NCBI GenBank assembly: GCA_963728915.1
Contig: CAVSLV010000002.1
Coordinates: forward strand, 1-64,000
Direction: 5' to 3'
Length of the DNA: 64,000 bases
Origin: an uncultured Gemmatimonadales bacterium
GTDB lineage: Bacteria > Gemmatimonadota > Gemmatimonadetes > Gemmatimonadales > GWC2-71-9
In this document: one piece after another, positions 1 through 13,569 of the stretch
Numbering within the stretch: the stretch's first letter is position 1
Layout: every line of letters starts with the position of its first letter
Made by a program: the position numbers and the translations under genes
The notes under the pieces: model-generated
What the model was told of the DNA's origin: nothing
What the model saw: the letters and a program-made list of their open reading frames with translations, nothing else
The model's database searches: none

Positions 1-1
1 G

Positions 2-1444
2 GGCCTCCTGGTCCCGGGTCCCTCGCTCCACCAGGGAGGCACCGGCCCGGGCCCCGGCCAGGGTCACCTTGAGCGCCTCGGCAATGGCCCGCGCGATGGT
101 ATCCTGCACCGCGAAGACATCCCGCAGCTCGCTCTGATAGTCGCCGCTCCAGAGCTGGGCGTCCCGCGCCACGTCCACCAGGCGGGCGGTGACCCTGACC
201 CGCTGGCCCAGGTGCTGGACCGTGGCCTCCAGGATCGCCCCCACGTCGAGGTGCCGGCCGATTTCCCGGAGATCGGTGGTCGCCGCCCGGGCCGCAAAGG
301 ACGAGGTCCTTGATGAGACCCGGAGGCCGCTCAGCCGTCCCAGGGCGTTGATCAGCTCCTCCGCCAGGCCCTGACTGAAATAGTCGCTGGTGGAATCCCC
401 CCCGATGTTCTGGAACGGCATGACCGCGAGAGAACGGATCACCGCCGGGCCAGCCGGCGTTGGTGCGAGTGGGGCTGACCGCGTCCCGCCGCGGAACAGG
501 AGGAAAAGCGCCACACTGAGGATCACGGCGGCACCGAGCAGGAACCCCATAACCCGCGCTTGCCGGCCCCGGCCCCCTCGCAGGCTCTCCCCTATGGCCT
601 GGAGCGCGATACGCACTTCCTCGCCCGAGGCGGGGCGCGCCCCGGGATCGACGGCAAGGAGCCGGGCGATCAGGGTGGCGAGCGCCGGGGGACAGTCGGG
701 CCGGGATCGAGTTGCCGGGGGCGGGGTTCGGGAAAGCTGCGCGGCCACCAGCGCCGGAGGGGTCAGCGCCCCGAAGGGCGGCTGTCCGGTGAGCAATTCG
801 TAACCTAACACGCCGAGGGCGTAGAGATCGACACTGTGATTGACGCCTGGATCGCCCACCGCCTGTTCCGGCGCCATGTAGGCGGGAGTGCCGATCACCA
901 TGCCGACGCCAGTCACCTGGGAGGCGGCCCCGGGAATACCGGCGCCGGTCGCGAGATCGAGCGCCTTGGCGACCCCGAAGTCCGCCACCACGGCATGGCC
1001 GTCCTGAATCAGAATGTTCTCCGGCTTGATGTCGCGGTGGATCACCCCCTGGCGATGGGCATAGGCCAGCGCGTCGGCGATTTCGGTCAGAAGCCGGATG
1101 GTCTCGGCGACCGGCAGCGGACCCTCGCGGGCCAGCCGGGCCCGGAGTGATTCGCCCTCGACGAACGGCATGGTGAAGTAGGGAAGCTCTCCCACGTGAC
1201 CGGCGGTGAGGAGCGGGACAATATGAGGGTGCTGGCAGCGAGCGCAGAGGGACATCTCCCGCTCGAAACGATCGGTGCTGGTGCTCGCGGCGATTTCCGG
1301 GCGGAGCACTTTGACCACCACCCGGCGATTGAGGCGGGACTCGGTGGCCAGGAAGACCCGTGCCATTCCCCCTCCGCCGAGCTCGCCCTCGACGGCATAG
1401 CCCGACCCCAGCGTACTTTGGACTCGTTCCTGGAGGTCCGGCAT
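2..1444 (-). CDS. Hanks-type Ser/Thr protein kinase with TM helix and TolB_N-like domain (3' end runs off window)
   Basis: Not in the ORF track because it has no stop in the window. Manual translation from ATG 1444 gives MPDLQERVQSTLGSGYAVEGELGGGGMARVF, then VVVK, HRDIKPEN, DFG, GTPAYMAPE, a TM helix and SLAVMPFQN..DYFSQGLAEELINAL. Confidence 0.9.
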   Translation of the reverse strand, partial: MPDLQERVQSTLGSGYAVEGELGGGGMARVFLATESRLNRRVVVKVLRPEIAASTSTDRFEREMSLCARCQHPHIVPLLTAGHVGELPYFTMPFVEGESLRARLAREGPLPVAETIRLLTEIADALAYAHRQGVIHRDIKPENILIQDGHAVVADFGVAKALDLATGAGIPGAASQVTGVGMVIGTPAYMAPEQAVGDPGVNHSVDLYALGVLGYELLTGQPPFGALTPPALVAAQLSRTPPPATRSRPDCPPALATLIARLLAVDPGARPASGEEVRIALQAIGESLRGGRGRQARVMGFLLGAAVILSVALFLLFRGGTRSAPLAPTPAGPAVIRSLAVMPFQNIGGDSTSDYFSQGLAEELINALGRLSGLRVSSRTSSFAARAATTDLREIGRHLDVGAILEATVQHLGQRVRVTARLVDVARDAQLWSGDYQSELRDVFAVQDTIARAIAEALKVTLAGARAGASLVERGTRDQEA

Positions 1445-1615
1445 CGCTTCACGCTAGGCCGTCGCCCTCTGTGGCACAAGGCAGGATCCCCTCTGGCATC
1501 CGGCATGCTCTGGCCTTGACTGGCGTTCAGTTGCCCGGGTTTCTGTCTCCCAGCGAGGACATCTCCGCTCCTGGTAGTCGGCTGGGCGTTTGAAAAGACA
1601 CACTCGGGAGGGGTC

Positions 1616-2635
1616 ATGCGCGTTCTTCTCGCACTACTGGTTCTCTTCCCCACCTTCCTTTCGGCTCAGCAGCTGCAGGTCGTTCGGGGCACCGTCCGGG
1701 AGGCTGCCGGGGGGGCGCCACTGGCCGGCGCGGACATCACGCTCGATTCCCGGCGCACCAGCACCAACCGCGACGGGGCGTTCCGGATCGACAGCGTGGC
1801 ACCGGGGTCCCATCTCCTGACGGTCAGGCTCCCGGGTTATGTCCCGATTCGAACCCAGGTGGACGTCGACGAGAAACGGCCGAGCAACGTTGCGCTGACC
1901 ATGTCGCCTGCCCCGTTCCAGCTCCCGCCGGTGGTCACCACGCTCAACCGGAGCGGGATTTACGGAGCGGTCGGGGATACCGCGCAACATCCGATGCGGG
2001 GCGTCCGGGTGGAGGTGGCGGGTGTGAACGGCGGGGTCAGCTACACCGACAGCCTTGGCGGGTTCGCCTTCCCGGCGGCGGACCGGGGGCCATATCTGAT
2101 CCGGATCACGCACGCGGGTTATGGAGAACGCCGCCTGTCGGTGGAGCTCAAACCCGGGGAAGGGCGCCAGGTGATCGTGGTGCTGGCTCCTTCCCGGCAG
2201 GTTGCCTCCCGGGCCGACGATCAGGCCTTCGAGGCACTGCACAGTCGCCTGGCCTTCGGGCTCCATCGGGACCGCATGCCCGAGAGCGAGCTGGAGCGGT
2301 ATGGAACCCAGGGCCTCTGTGATGTCCCGCGGGTGGCCGCCGAGGTGGGCCGGAGCGGATCGACCACCACCGTGATCCTCAATGGGGTGACGGCCTTTCT
2401 GGAATTCCCGGTGGCCTCGCTCTGCGCCTGGCGGGCCGATGACGTGAGTCTGATCGAGTTCGGAAAGGATATCTGCGCCGACGTGACCCAGACGGTGGGG
2501 CAATCGTTGCCGGTGCCGGTCTGGTGCTCGGGTCGCACCCGCAGCGTGACTCGCACCGCGAGGCGGGATCCACCGGACGAATCCGGGCCCAGCCGGCAGG
2601 CGGGCAGCTACGTGATCATCTGGGAGAAGCGGTAG
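1616..2635 (+). CDS. Exported protein with two carboxypeptidase-regulatory-like (beta-sandwich) domains
   Basis: Signal peptide; two repeats of the type G-x-V...P-L-x-G-A...T-x-x-x-G-x-F...G-Y. Confidence 0.7.
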   Translation: MRVLLALLVLFPTFLSAQQLQVVRGTVREAAGGAPLAGADITLDSRRTSTNRDGAFRIDSVAPGSHLLTVRLPGYVPIRTQVDVDEKRPSNVALTMSPAPFQLPPVVTTLNRSGIYGAVGDTAQHPMRGVRVEVAGVNGGVSYTDSLGGFAFPAADRGPYLIRITHAGYGERRLSVELKPGEGRQVIVVLAPSRQVASRADDQAFEALHSRLAFGLHRDRMPESELERYGTQGLCDVPRVAAEVGRSGSTTTVILNGVTAFLEFPVASLCAWRADDVSLIEFGKDICADVTQTVGQSLPVPVWCSGRTRSVTRTARRDPPDESGPSRQAGSYVIIWEKR

Positions 2636-2639
2636 AGCA

Positions 2640-3197
2640 CTATCGGAACAGCTCCGGAACCGTAATCACCAGTGACGCCGACCGGCCGGGCGGGCGCCAC
2701 TCGACCCAGTCCCGATGCAGTTCCTCGGCGCCACCACGATCCCGCAGGGTGTACAGGCACTGATCCTGGAAATCCACCCGCCAGAACTCCCGCACGCCGA
2801 GGGCGAGGTAGGCCGGTCCTTTGTGATCGCGATCGTACACCTCGGAATCCTTGCCCGACACTTCCACCGCGAGCCACCATTCCCGAATGCTCCTCCAATG
2901 GGCGTCGAGCCGGAACTCGGCCGGTAGTACACCCCTGGGAACGATCAGCAGGTCGGGCTCGAGGTGGTGCCGGGGCGCGATCTCCAGGACACCCGGGGAG
3001 AAGGCGACTGCATCGTCCTTCAAGCCAAGATACGAGTTGATCGCGCTCACCAGCCTGGCCAGCACGAACTGGTGGGGCATTCCAGCCTGCGGCGTCACCA
3101 GCAGGACCCCGTCGAGCAACTCGTAGCGGTTGCCGTCGACGGGGAACGATTCGAGATCCTGCACCGTATAGCGGGGAACTGTGACGGCCATGACCAT
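2640..3197 (-). CDS. Uma2 (DUF820) family PD-(D/E)XK endonuclease-like protein; start may be 3191
   Basis: RYELLDGVLLVTP, EPDLL, LAVEVS, DRDHK, YLALGVREFWRVD. Confidence 0.88.
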   Translation of the reverse strand: MVMAVTVPRYTVQDLESFPVDGNRYELLDGVLLVTPQAGMPHQFVLARLVSAINSYLGLKDDAVAFSPGVLEIAPRHHLEPDLLIVPRGVLPAEFRLDAHWRSIREWWLAVEVSGKDSEVYDRDHKGPAYLALGVREFWRVDFQDQCLYTLRDRGGAEELHRDWVEWRPPGRSASLVITVPELFR

Positions 3198-3430
3198 AAG
3201 CTAGGAACTCGGCATGAGAGGAGGCAACTCGGCATCCCCCCAGGCTAAGCTCGCCGGCGTTCGTCCTGGCAAGTATCCGGTTGCCGGGTAGTACCGGTAG
3301 ACGCGGAGCTGGGAATCCCGAGTGAACTTTGAAGAATCCCTACGGAGGTAGGAGCGTGAGTCCGCCGCCTAGCGCGATGACAGTGCGTCGCAGGACTGCC
3401 AGAGCGAGGAGTAGAATTGCGCGTCCTCCC

Positions 3431-4783
3431 TCATTGCACGCGGAAGTAGCGTCGTTTTGGATCCTGCGGCCCGGTGCCAACCTCGCGCAGGAGGCCATTC
3501 TCGACCAGCCGGGCGAGCCGCGTGCGCGTCGCGCGCGACGTGAGGCCAATGACCGCAGCGATCTCGCTCGTCGGTCGGCCCTCGCCGTCCGAGAGCGCGT
3601 CCAGGATGGTCTGGTCCGTCGTCTCGACCAATGGGGCGGCCACGGGTTCGGTGTAGATCGTTACCCGGAAACGCATGGCAATTTCTTCGAAGCGGGGCGG
3701 CGCCAACCCCGCCTCGCGGCACGCGGCGATTATCCGCTGAATCCCGCTCCCCCACTGCTCGATCAGACCGAGCGCGTGGAAAACGCGGCCGATGACACGA
3801 TTGCGCAGCTTGGACACGCCGTGCTCGAGGTCTTCGACCGTAAGGCCGGACGGGAGCAGCCCGGGGTTCTCGATCTCGAGTCGGTCATCGAACATGGAGA
3901 CTCGGATCGGCGCGCCCCGCTGGGAGTAGTCGGTGTGGGCGACCGCGTTGATAAGCGCTTCCCGCACGGCCACCGGGGGGAGGTTCCAGCGCTCCTTGCG
4001 GCGGACCCGGCCGATCGTCGCCCCATGGATGGAGTGCTTCTCGATGAACTCGATCGCCTGCTCAATCGCGCGCCCCGGCGGCTCGCGGAGTTCGGCGTGG
4101 TCGGCGATATGGGTCTTGTCGACACCGGCGAAGCGGCCCGCCTGGATCCACGCATCTGGAAAGTGAACCGCTCGCTCCAAGCCAAAGAGGATCATTCCTC
4201 CAACGGTTGGCACTCGCCGTCCCTGATGGTTTGTCACCAGGTGCAGCGTGACGAGGTCATGTCTGGCGAGCCGGCGAACCGATGCGAACGACTCGGAAGC
4301 CGCTCGGAAGTCAAGAGCTTCCGAGTCGAGATCGGGCATCGGCTGTTCGTCAAAGCTCTCGCCGCGCACCACTCGCCGGAGCTCCAGGATCATGTCCGCA
4401 TCGGCGCGGCGATTGGTAGAGCCCACCCGAACATACGTCCCTGACTCGCTCCCCTCTCGTTTGAGGTAGTGCGGGCGGGTCGGGCTGGGGTAGACCTGCA
4501 CCGCGATGAGCTGGGTGCGGCGCCATGGGAATATCTCGATATCGGGAGCAAGCCGAGGTGCGATGGAATCGGAAATGAGACTTGCGATCCGCTCTTCCAG
4601 CTCCAGGGCCTGTGGCACCCCGCGCACCCGCGCGGTGCGGTCTTCTACGCCCAGAAGCAAGGTGCCACCGGCCGAGTTCGCGAAGGCGACCAGGGTCTTC
4701 AAGGCGCCTTCGGGGGAGGACAGATCGCGCTTGAACTCCAGCGTCTTGCCCTCCGGCCGCTTGAGCAGGGCGACGAGATCCAT
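3431..4783 (-). CDS. AlbA_2 (Schlafen-like) domain + HATPase_c_4 (RecG C-term-like) + wHTH protein
   Basis: EGKTLEFK, AFANSAGGTLLLGV, REALINAVAHTDY, DDRLEIENPG, SKLRN, IEQWGSGI, C-terminal HTH. ATG 4783 chosen as start. Confidence 0.88.
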   Translation of the reverse strand: MDLVALLKRPEGKTLEFKRDLSSPEGALKTLVAFANSAGGTLLLGVEDRTARVRGVPQALELEERIASLISDSIAPRLAPDIEIFPWRRTQLIAVQVYPSPTRPHYLKREGSESGTYVRVGSTNRRADADMILELRRVVRGESFDEQPMPDLDSEALDFRAASESFASVRRLARHDLVTLHLVTNHQGRRVPTVGGMILFGLERAVHFPDAWIQAGRFAGVDKTHIADHAELREPPGRAIEQAIEFIEKHSIHGATIGRVRRKERWNLPPVAVREALINAVAHTDYSQRGAPIRVSMFDDRLEIENPGLLPSGLTVEDLEHGVSKLRNRVIGRVFHALGLIEQWGSGIQRIIAACREAGLAPPRFEEIAMRFRVTIYTEPVAAPLVETTDQTILDALSDGEGRPTSEIAAVIGLTSRATRTRLARLVENGLLREVGTGPQDPKRRYFRVQ

Positions 4784-4916
4784 AAACTCGGAAGTATACT
4801 GCGAAGCACTGGACGGCGCCATGCTTCCGAGCCAGAGTACCAAATTGCCTGGATGCGTGACCTCCGATCACACGCCCAAGTCACTAAATGTCAATGGCTT
4901 AGGCCAGCTTGACGAC

Positions 4917-4946
4917 TTGCAAATGAGGCTCCTCTCACCCTATATT
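4917..4946 (+). promoter_or_regulatory. Putative sigma70 promoter of gyrA
   Basis: TTGCAA-N18-TATATT about 50 nt upstream of the gyrA ATG. Confidence 0.45.
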
Positions 4947-4997
4947 TGACTGTTCGGGCCGCCCGGGTCCCGGACCGACCTTCCGCCCCGCCCGCAC

Positions 4998-7486
<2,489 letters not shown>

Positions 7487-7490
<4 letters not shown>

Positions 7491-8461
7491 GCCTCTCCGA
7501 GCTGCGGGCGGCCGCGGCGGCCCTCGAGGCGGTGGCGGTGCGCACCCCTCTGGTCGAATCGGCTGTCCTGACCCGCAAGCTCGGCGTGCCGGTCCGGGTC
7601 AAATGCGAGCAATGGCAGCCGGTCGGTTCGTTCAAGGTGCGGGGGGCCTGGACCGCGGTCACCCGGCTGATCGAGCGGGAGGGCCGCCCCCGCGGCCTGA
7701 TTGCCCATTCGTCCGGCAATCACGGACGTGCGGTGGCCTGGGTCGCGCGCCGGCTCGAGCTCCCCGCGGTGATCGTGATGAATGACAACGCTCCGCCCAT
7801 CAAGGTCGAGGCGGTCCGACGCGAGGGAGCCGAGGTCGTGCTGGTGGATCGGTATGTCCGGGTCCGGGTCGCCGAAGAGCGGGCCCAGCGCGATGGCCTC
7901 ACCATGATCCCCCCCTTCAACCACCCCGACGTTATTCTCGGTCAATCCACCTGCGGCCTCGAGATCCTGGATGAATTCCCCGATGCCGAGCACCTGCTCT
8001 CTCCCATTGGAGGCGGTGGCCTCCTCGCGGGGTGCTCCACCGCTGCCATGGCGCTGCGTCATCCCGTCGAGATCATCGGCTGCGAGCCGGCCGGCGCCGC
8101 CAAGCTGTCCAGAGCGCTCGCGGAGGGTGGTCCCGCGCCTCTGGAAAGCACGGCGAGTATGGCGGATGGTCTGCTGCCGGTCGCGGTGGGGGCGCTTCCC
8201 TGGGAGCCGATCCAGCAGCGGGTCCGCCGCGCGTTCCGGGTGCGAGAAGACTCGATCGGCGAGGCCGTCGCGATGCTGTTCCGGGACATGGGCCTCAAGG
8301 TCGAACCGTCGGGCGCGGTCGGGGTGGCGGCGCTGCTCGAGGGACAGCTCTCGCCCAATGGCCCGGTGGCGGTGATTCTGAGCGGCGGCAACGTGGACCC
8401 CGAGCTGTTCAGCCAGCTCATCGGGGCCGCCTCGATTGGCGCGACGGTCGCCGGGTCCTGA
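7487..8461 (+). CDS. PLP-dependent threonine/serine dehydratase family protein
   Basis: [37 protein letters not shown] start overlaps the gyrA stop. Confidence 0.92.
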
Positions 8462-9866
8462 TGCCCGCCTACACTCCGCACGTGCTGATCGTGGATGATG
8501 ACTACACGCTGGCGCGCACCATGTCCCGCATGCTGGTGGACAACGGGTACGACCCGGCAACGCTTTCCGGCGGAAGCGGTCTTCCCGAGTATCTGGCCAC
8601 CCGACAGGTCGATCTGCTGCTGCTCGACCTCTCCTTGCCCGGCAACGACGGGCTCTCGCTCATCGAAATGATCCGTCGCGATCCGATGTTCCACGATCTC
8701 CCGATCATCGCGATGACCTCGGAGGCTCCCGAGGAAATCTCGGTGCGGGCCCTCTCGGCGGGCGCGTCCGACGTGGTCGGCAAGCCGATCCGGGTGCGCG
8801 AGCTGCTGGCCCGGATCCGCACCCGTCTCCGGGCCAGCCGCATGCTCAACCAGGCGCGGGGTGAAGCGCGGGCCCAGTCGGCGCTGGTCGAGCTGCTCAG
8901 GGACATCACGTCGAACCTGCCGCCCCGCGAGCTGTTCCAGGTCCTGGTGCGCCAGGTGGCCACCGGTCTCCGGATCCCCCGCTGCTCGATTCTTCTGGCC
9001 AAGCCCGGCGCCGATCGCGGCACCGTGGTCGCCGCCTCGGAGAATCCGGTGTTGAGCGAATTGCCGGTCGATCTCAACCGCTATCCCGAGATCAAGCGCT
9101 CGCTCGACAGCGGCGAAGTGGTGATGGTGCGCGACGTCGCCGCGGATCCGGTCTATCAGGGCATGTCGGATATCAGCACCACCTCGGTCCTGGTGATTCC
9201 GTTTTCCCTCCGGAGCGAGCGGGCCGGGGTGTTTTTCCTTCGGACCGGCCCGGGTGATCCACCCCTCGACGAAATGGACCTCCGCTTTGCCGGGCGGGTC
9301 GTCGAATCAGCGGCCTCAGCGATCGAGCGGGCGCTCGCCAACGACGAAGCGAGCCAGCGGGAACAGACCATGCGGCAGCTCGCCGAGACCGATCCGCTGA
9401 CCGGACTCCTCAATCGCCGCACCTTCGACGTGAAACTGGCGGAGGAGGTCGATCGGGCCTCCCGCTACAGCACCGCGCTGTCCTGTCTGATGATCGACAT
9501 CGACAACTTCAAGGTCACCAACGACACCCACGGTCATCACGCCGGCGACCGGGTCCTGACCCAGTTTGCCGAGCTGCTGCGCCGGGAACAGCGTTCGATG
9601 GATATCGTGGCGCGGTACGGGGGCGAGGAATTCGTGGTCATTCTCCCGGAGACCGGGAGCGCCGGGGCCCGGCTGTTCGCCGAGCGGGTGCTCCGCCGGG
9701 TGCAGGCCAAGCCGTTCGGCGGTCCCGACGCGACGATCAGGGTGACCGTGAGCATCGGCCTCGCGACCTTTCCCGATGAGCGGGCCCTCGACGCCGAAGG
9801 TTTGCTCCGGCTGGCCGACCGCAACCTGCTCCGGGCCAAGTCCGACGGCCGGAACCGCTATCGAGA

Positions 9867-9870
<4 letters not shown>
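8461..9870 (+). CDS. REC-GAF-GGDEF diguanylate cyclase response regulator
   Basis: ATG 8461; VLIVDDD...LLLDLSLP receiver, GAF, TDPLTGLLNRR, RSMD I-site, YGGEEF active site. Confidence 0.92.
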
Positions 9871-10891
<1,021 letters not shown>

Positions 10892-10895
<4 letters not shown>

Positions 10896-11647
10896 GGCCG
10901 GTCCGGTGGACCGTCGCGCTGCTTGCCGCCCTGACCGGGTGCAGCGTGACTCCGCTCACCAACAAGATCCGTCCGGGCGAAGAGTCGTTCGTCATCGGCG
11001 TGGGAGAAGCCAGCGACGGCCAGACCGATCTGTTCGCGGCGCCGGCGGGAGGAGGCAGCTTCACCCGGCTGACCTTCACCCGCGCGGAAGAACGCGCGCC
11101 GAGTCTCAGTCCATCGGGCACCCGGGTGGCCTTCCTGCGGCGAGCCGGCTCCTCCGAAGCCAACTGGTCGCTGGTGATCCTCGATCTCCTCAACAACCAC
11201 GAATCGGTCGCCCCGATGCCAAGTGCCGCCGGTGATCCGGTCGCGATCGGATGGAACGTCGAAGGAACCCGGGTCGTGGTGCAGGCGCAGGCGTTCCTCG
11301 AGACGAACCTCCCCCCCGGCGCGGTGTGGCTTCGGTCGGTCGCGCTCGACTCGGTGGGGTGGGCCGACTCGATCACCAGCGGAATGCTGGGCAACCCGCC
11401 CCGGGCACACCTCGCCTCGTGCGGGGCCGGTGTGTCCTGCATCGTGAGCGGAACCGACACGACCCGGCTCGAGGGCATTACCAATCCGATCCCCTGGGGA
11501 GGAGATTCGCTGGGATATTTCACCGGGTCGGAAAAGATGTGGGAGATTCGCCCGCTCAGCGGGGGCCACACCAGGCGGCCGGTCTGGACCGATGTTCCTG
11601 CCGGATTACGTGAATTGACCTACCAGGGGGGAATGCCTTCTAGCTGA
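10892..11647 (+). CDS. Putative lipoprotein with TolB/PD40-like repeat
   Basis: GTG start overlaps the kinase stop; lipobox LTGC; RLTFT..E..PSLSPSGTRVAF. Confidence 0.7.
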
Positions 11648-12323
11648 CCACGCGAACCGGCACTTCGGCCCGCCGATGAGCGATCGCCTCCCAGGCAGCG
11701 GCGAGGGCCTGCTCGACGTTGGGGTGGTCCGGAGTCCAGGCACGCGAGGCCACTTGTTCTCCCACGAATCCCGCGAGCGCGAGCCACACCGCCGCCCAGA
11801 GCTCGGCCGATCCGGGACGGATCTGGCCTCTCTGCTTCCCGGCGGCGACCATCTGCTGGAGGGCTTCCCGGAACTCGCGAATGCCCCGCTTGGCGGGCTC
11901 CTGCGCCAGGGCTTCCTCAGGGGGACGAAGCAGCATCCGGAGCATGGCGGGGTCCCGCTCGGCCAGCTCGACCAGCTGCCGCCCGATCCTGGCGAGGCCC
12001 TCACGAAGGTCCTGGCCGGTCCGGTTTTCCTCGTCGGCGACGAGCGCTCGCCCGTGCTGCTGGGCCTCGACGCACGCCGCGGTGAGCAGCGCGTCCTTCC
12101 CCTGGAAGTGACGGTAAATCGTCGCTTCGGCCACGCCGGCACGCTGGGCAATGTCCGGGGTCGTGGTGCCGCGGAAACCCTGCGCCGTGAACAGTTCCAG
12201 CGCCGAACGAATGAGCCGGGCCCTGGTGGCCCGCGCATCACGAGAGCGTCGTGGAGCGACGCGGCGCGGATCCGATGCGGGAATCGATGGCGGAGGAGGC
12301 GGCGCGGGGACGTGGGAAGTCAT
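11640..12323 (-). CDS. TetR/AcrR family transcriptional regulator
   Basis: ALELFTAQGFRGTTTPDIAQRAGVAEATIYRHFQGKDAL. Confidence 0.93.
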   Translation of the reverse strand: MTSHVPAPPPPPSIPASDPRRVAPRRSRDARATRARLIRSALELFTAQGFRGTTTPDIAQRAGVAEATIYRHFQGKDALLTAACVEAQQHGRALVADEENRTGQDLREGLARIGRQLVELAERDPAMLRMLLRPPEEALAQEPAKRGIREFREALQQMVAAGKQRGQIRPGSAELWAAVWLALAGFVGEQVASRAWTPDHPNVEQALAAAWEAIAHRRAEVPVRVVS

Positions 12324-12412
12324 GGTGGGTCGGAGAATATACTGCGCTATTGAAGCAGATGATCGGCCCGGCTAGTTTGGCGCCTCTTGACAATGTATCG
12401 CGGGGAGAAAGC

Positions 12413-13561
12413 ATGAGATTCCTGGTGCTCGGCGCGGGCTTGCAGGGCGGAGCGGCGGCGTGGAGCCTTCTGCAGCACAAAGAAGTGGAACGGGTCACCC
12501 TGGCCGATCGGGACACCGGAACCCTTCCTCCGTTTCTGCGGACTCATCCCGATGCGCGGCTCCGTGAATTCACCCTGGATGCCCGCGAAGAGGGAGTGCT
12601 TCAGGCCCTCATGACGGAACACGATGCGGTGCTCTGCGCCCTGCCCTACTATTTCAACGAGCCGGTCACCGATGCGGCCATCGCGGCGGGCCGCCATGCC
12701 TGCGACCTGGGCGGCAACACCGAAATCGTGTTCGCGCAGAAGGAGCGGGATGCCGAGGCCGTCCGCCGGAACGTGTCCATCATTCCCGATTGCGGGCTCG
12801 CGCCCGGCATGGTGAACATCCTGGCCGCGGAGGGCATCCGGAGGCTGGATCGCGCGCGCACGGTAAGGATCTACGTCGGGGGCCTGCCCCAGCACCCGGA
12901 GCCGCCGCTCAACTACCAGATCGTGTACTCTCTGGAGGGCGCCCTCGATTACTACAGCACCCCGTCGTGGGTGCTCCGCGAGGGCAAAGCGGTCCGGGTG
13001 GAAGCCCTCTCGGAAGTGGAGTCGCTGGAATTTCCCGACCCCATCGGGGCGCTGGAGGCGTTTCATACCGGCGGCGGCATCAGCACCATGCCGTTCGGAT
13101 TCGAAGGCCGGATCGACACGATGGAGTACAAAACCCTCCGCTACCCCGGTCATGCCGCCATCATGCGCCCGATCCGGGACCTCGGGCTGATCTCGAACCT
13201 TCCGGTCAGGCTCCATGGCAAGCAGGTGGTCCCACGGGACCTTTTCATCGCGGTGGTCGAACCCAAGTTGCTTAGGCCAGGGTCTCCCGATGTCGTGGTG
13301 CTCCGGGTGGTCGTCGAGGGAGACCGGAAGGAAAAACCAGTGACAGTCCGCTTCGATCTGATCGACTATTCCGACGAAGCGCGCGGAATCACCGCCATGA
13401 TGCGGACGACGGGATTTTCACTCGCACTGACGGCGCTGATGCAGGTGAATGGAACCATTCCCACCCGGGGAGTGCGCACCCCCGATGAGGTGGTTCCGTT
13501 CCAGCCGTATGTGGATGGTCTGGCGAAGCTCGGAGTACGGATCGGCGTACACGAAGCCTAG
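12413..13561 (+). CDS. Saccharopine dehydrogenase / lysine 6-dehydrogenase family oxidoreductase
   Basis: MRFLVLGAGLQG, DLGGN, CGLAPG, VGGLP, YKTLRYPGH, AMMRTTG. Confidence 0.9.
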   Translation: MRFLVLGAGLQGGAAAWSLLQHKEVERVTLADRDTGTLPPFLRTHPDARLREFTLDAREEGVLQALMTEHDAVLCALPYYFNEPVTDAAIAAGRHACDLGGNTEIVFAQKERDAEAVRRNVSIIPDCGLAPGMVNILAAEGIRRLDRARTVRIYVGGLPQHPEPPLNYQIVYSLEGALDYYSTPSWVLREGKAVRVEALSEVESLEFPDPIGALEAFHTGGGISTMPFGFEGRIDTMEYKTLRYPGHAAIMRPIRDLGLISNLPVRLHGKQVVPRDLFIAVVEPKLLRPGSPDVVVLRVVVEGDRKEKPVTVRFDLIDYSDEARGITAMMRTTGFSLALTALMQVNGTIPTRGVRTPDEVVPFQPYVDGLAKLGVRIGVHEA

Positions 13562-13569
13562 AGGGTCTG

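Noticed and set aside
4877..4902. Loose palindrome CAAGTCA...TGGCTTAG as an att/dif-like site
   Set aside because: It is too degenerate, with no second copy or recombinase in the window.
12387..12392. TTGACA as the -35 of the saccharopine dehydrogenase gene
   Set aside because: It is only 20 nt before the ATG, leaving no room for a -10, and no clear TetR operator palindrome was seen.
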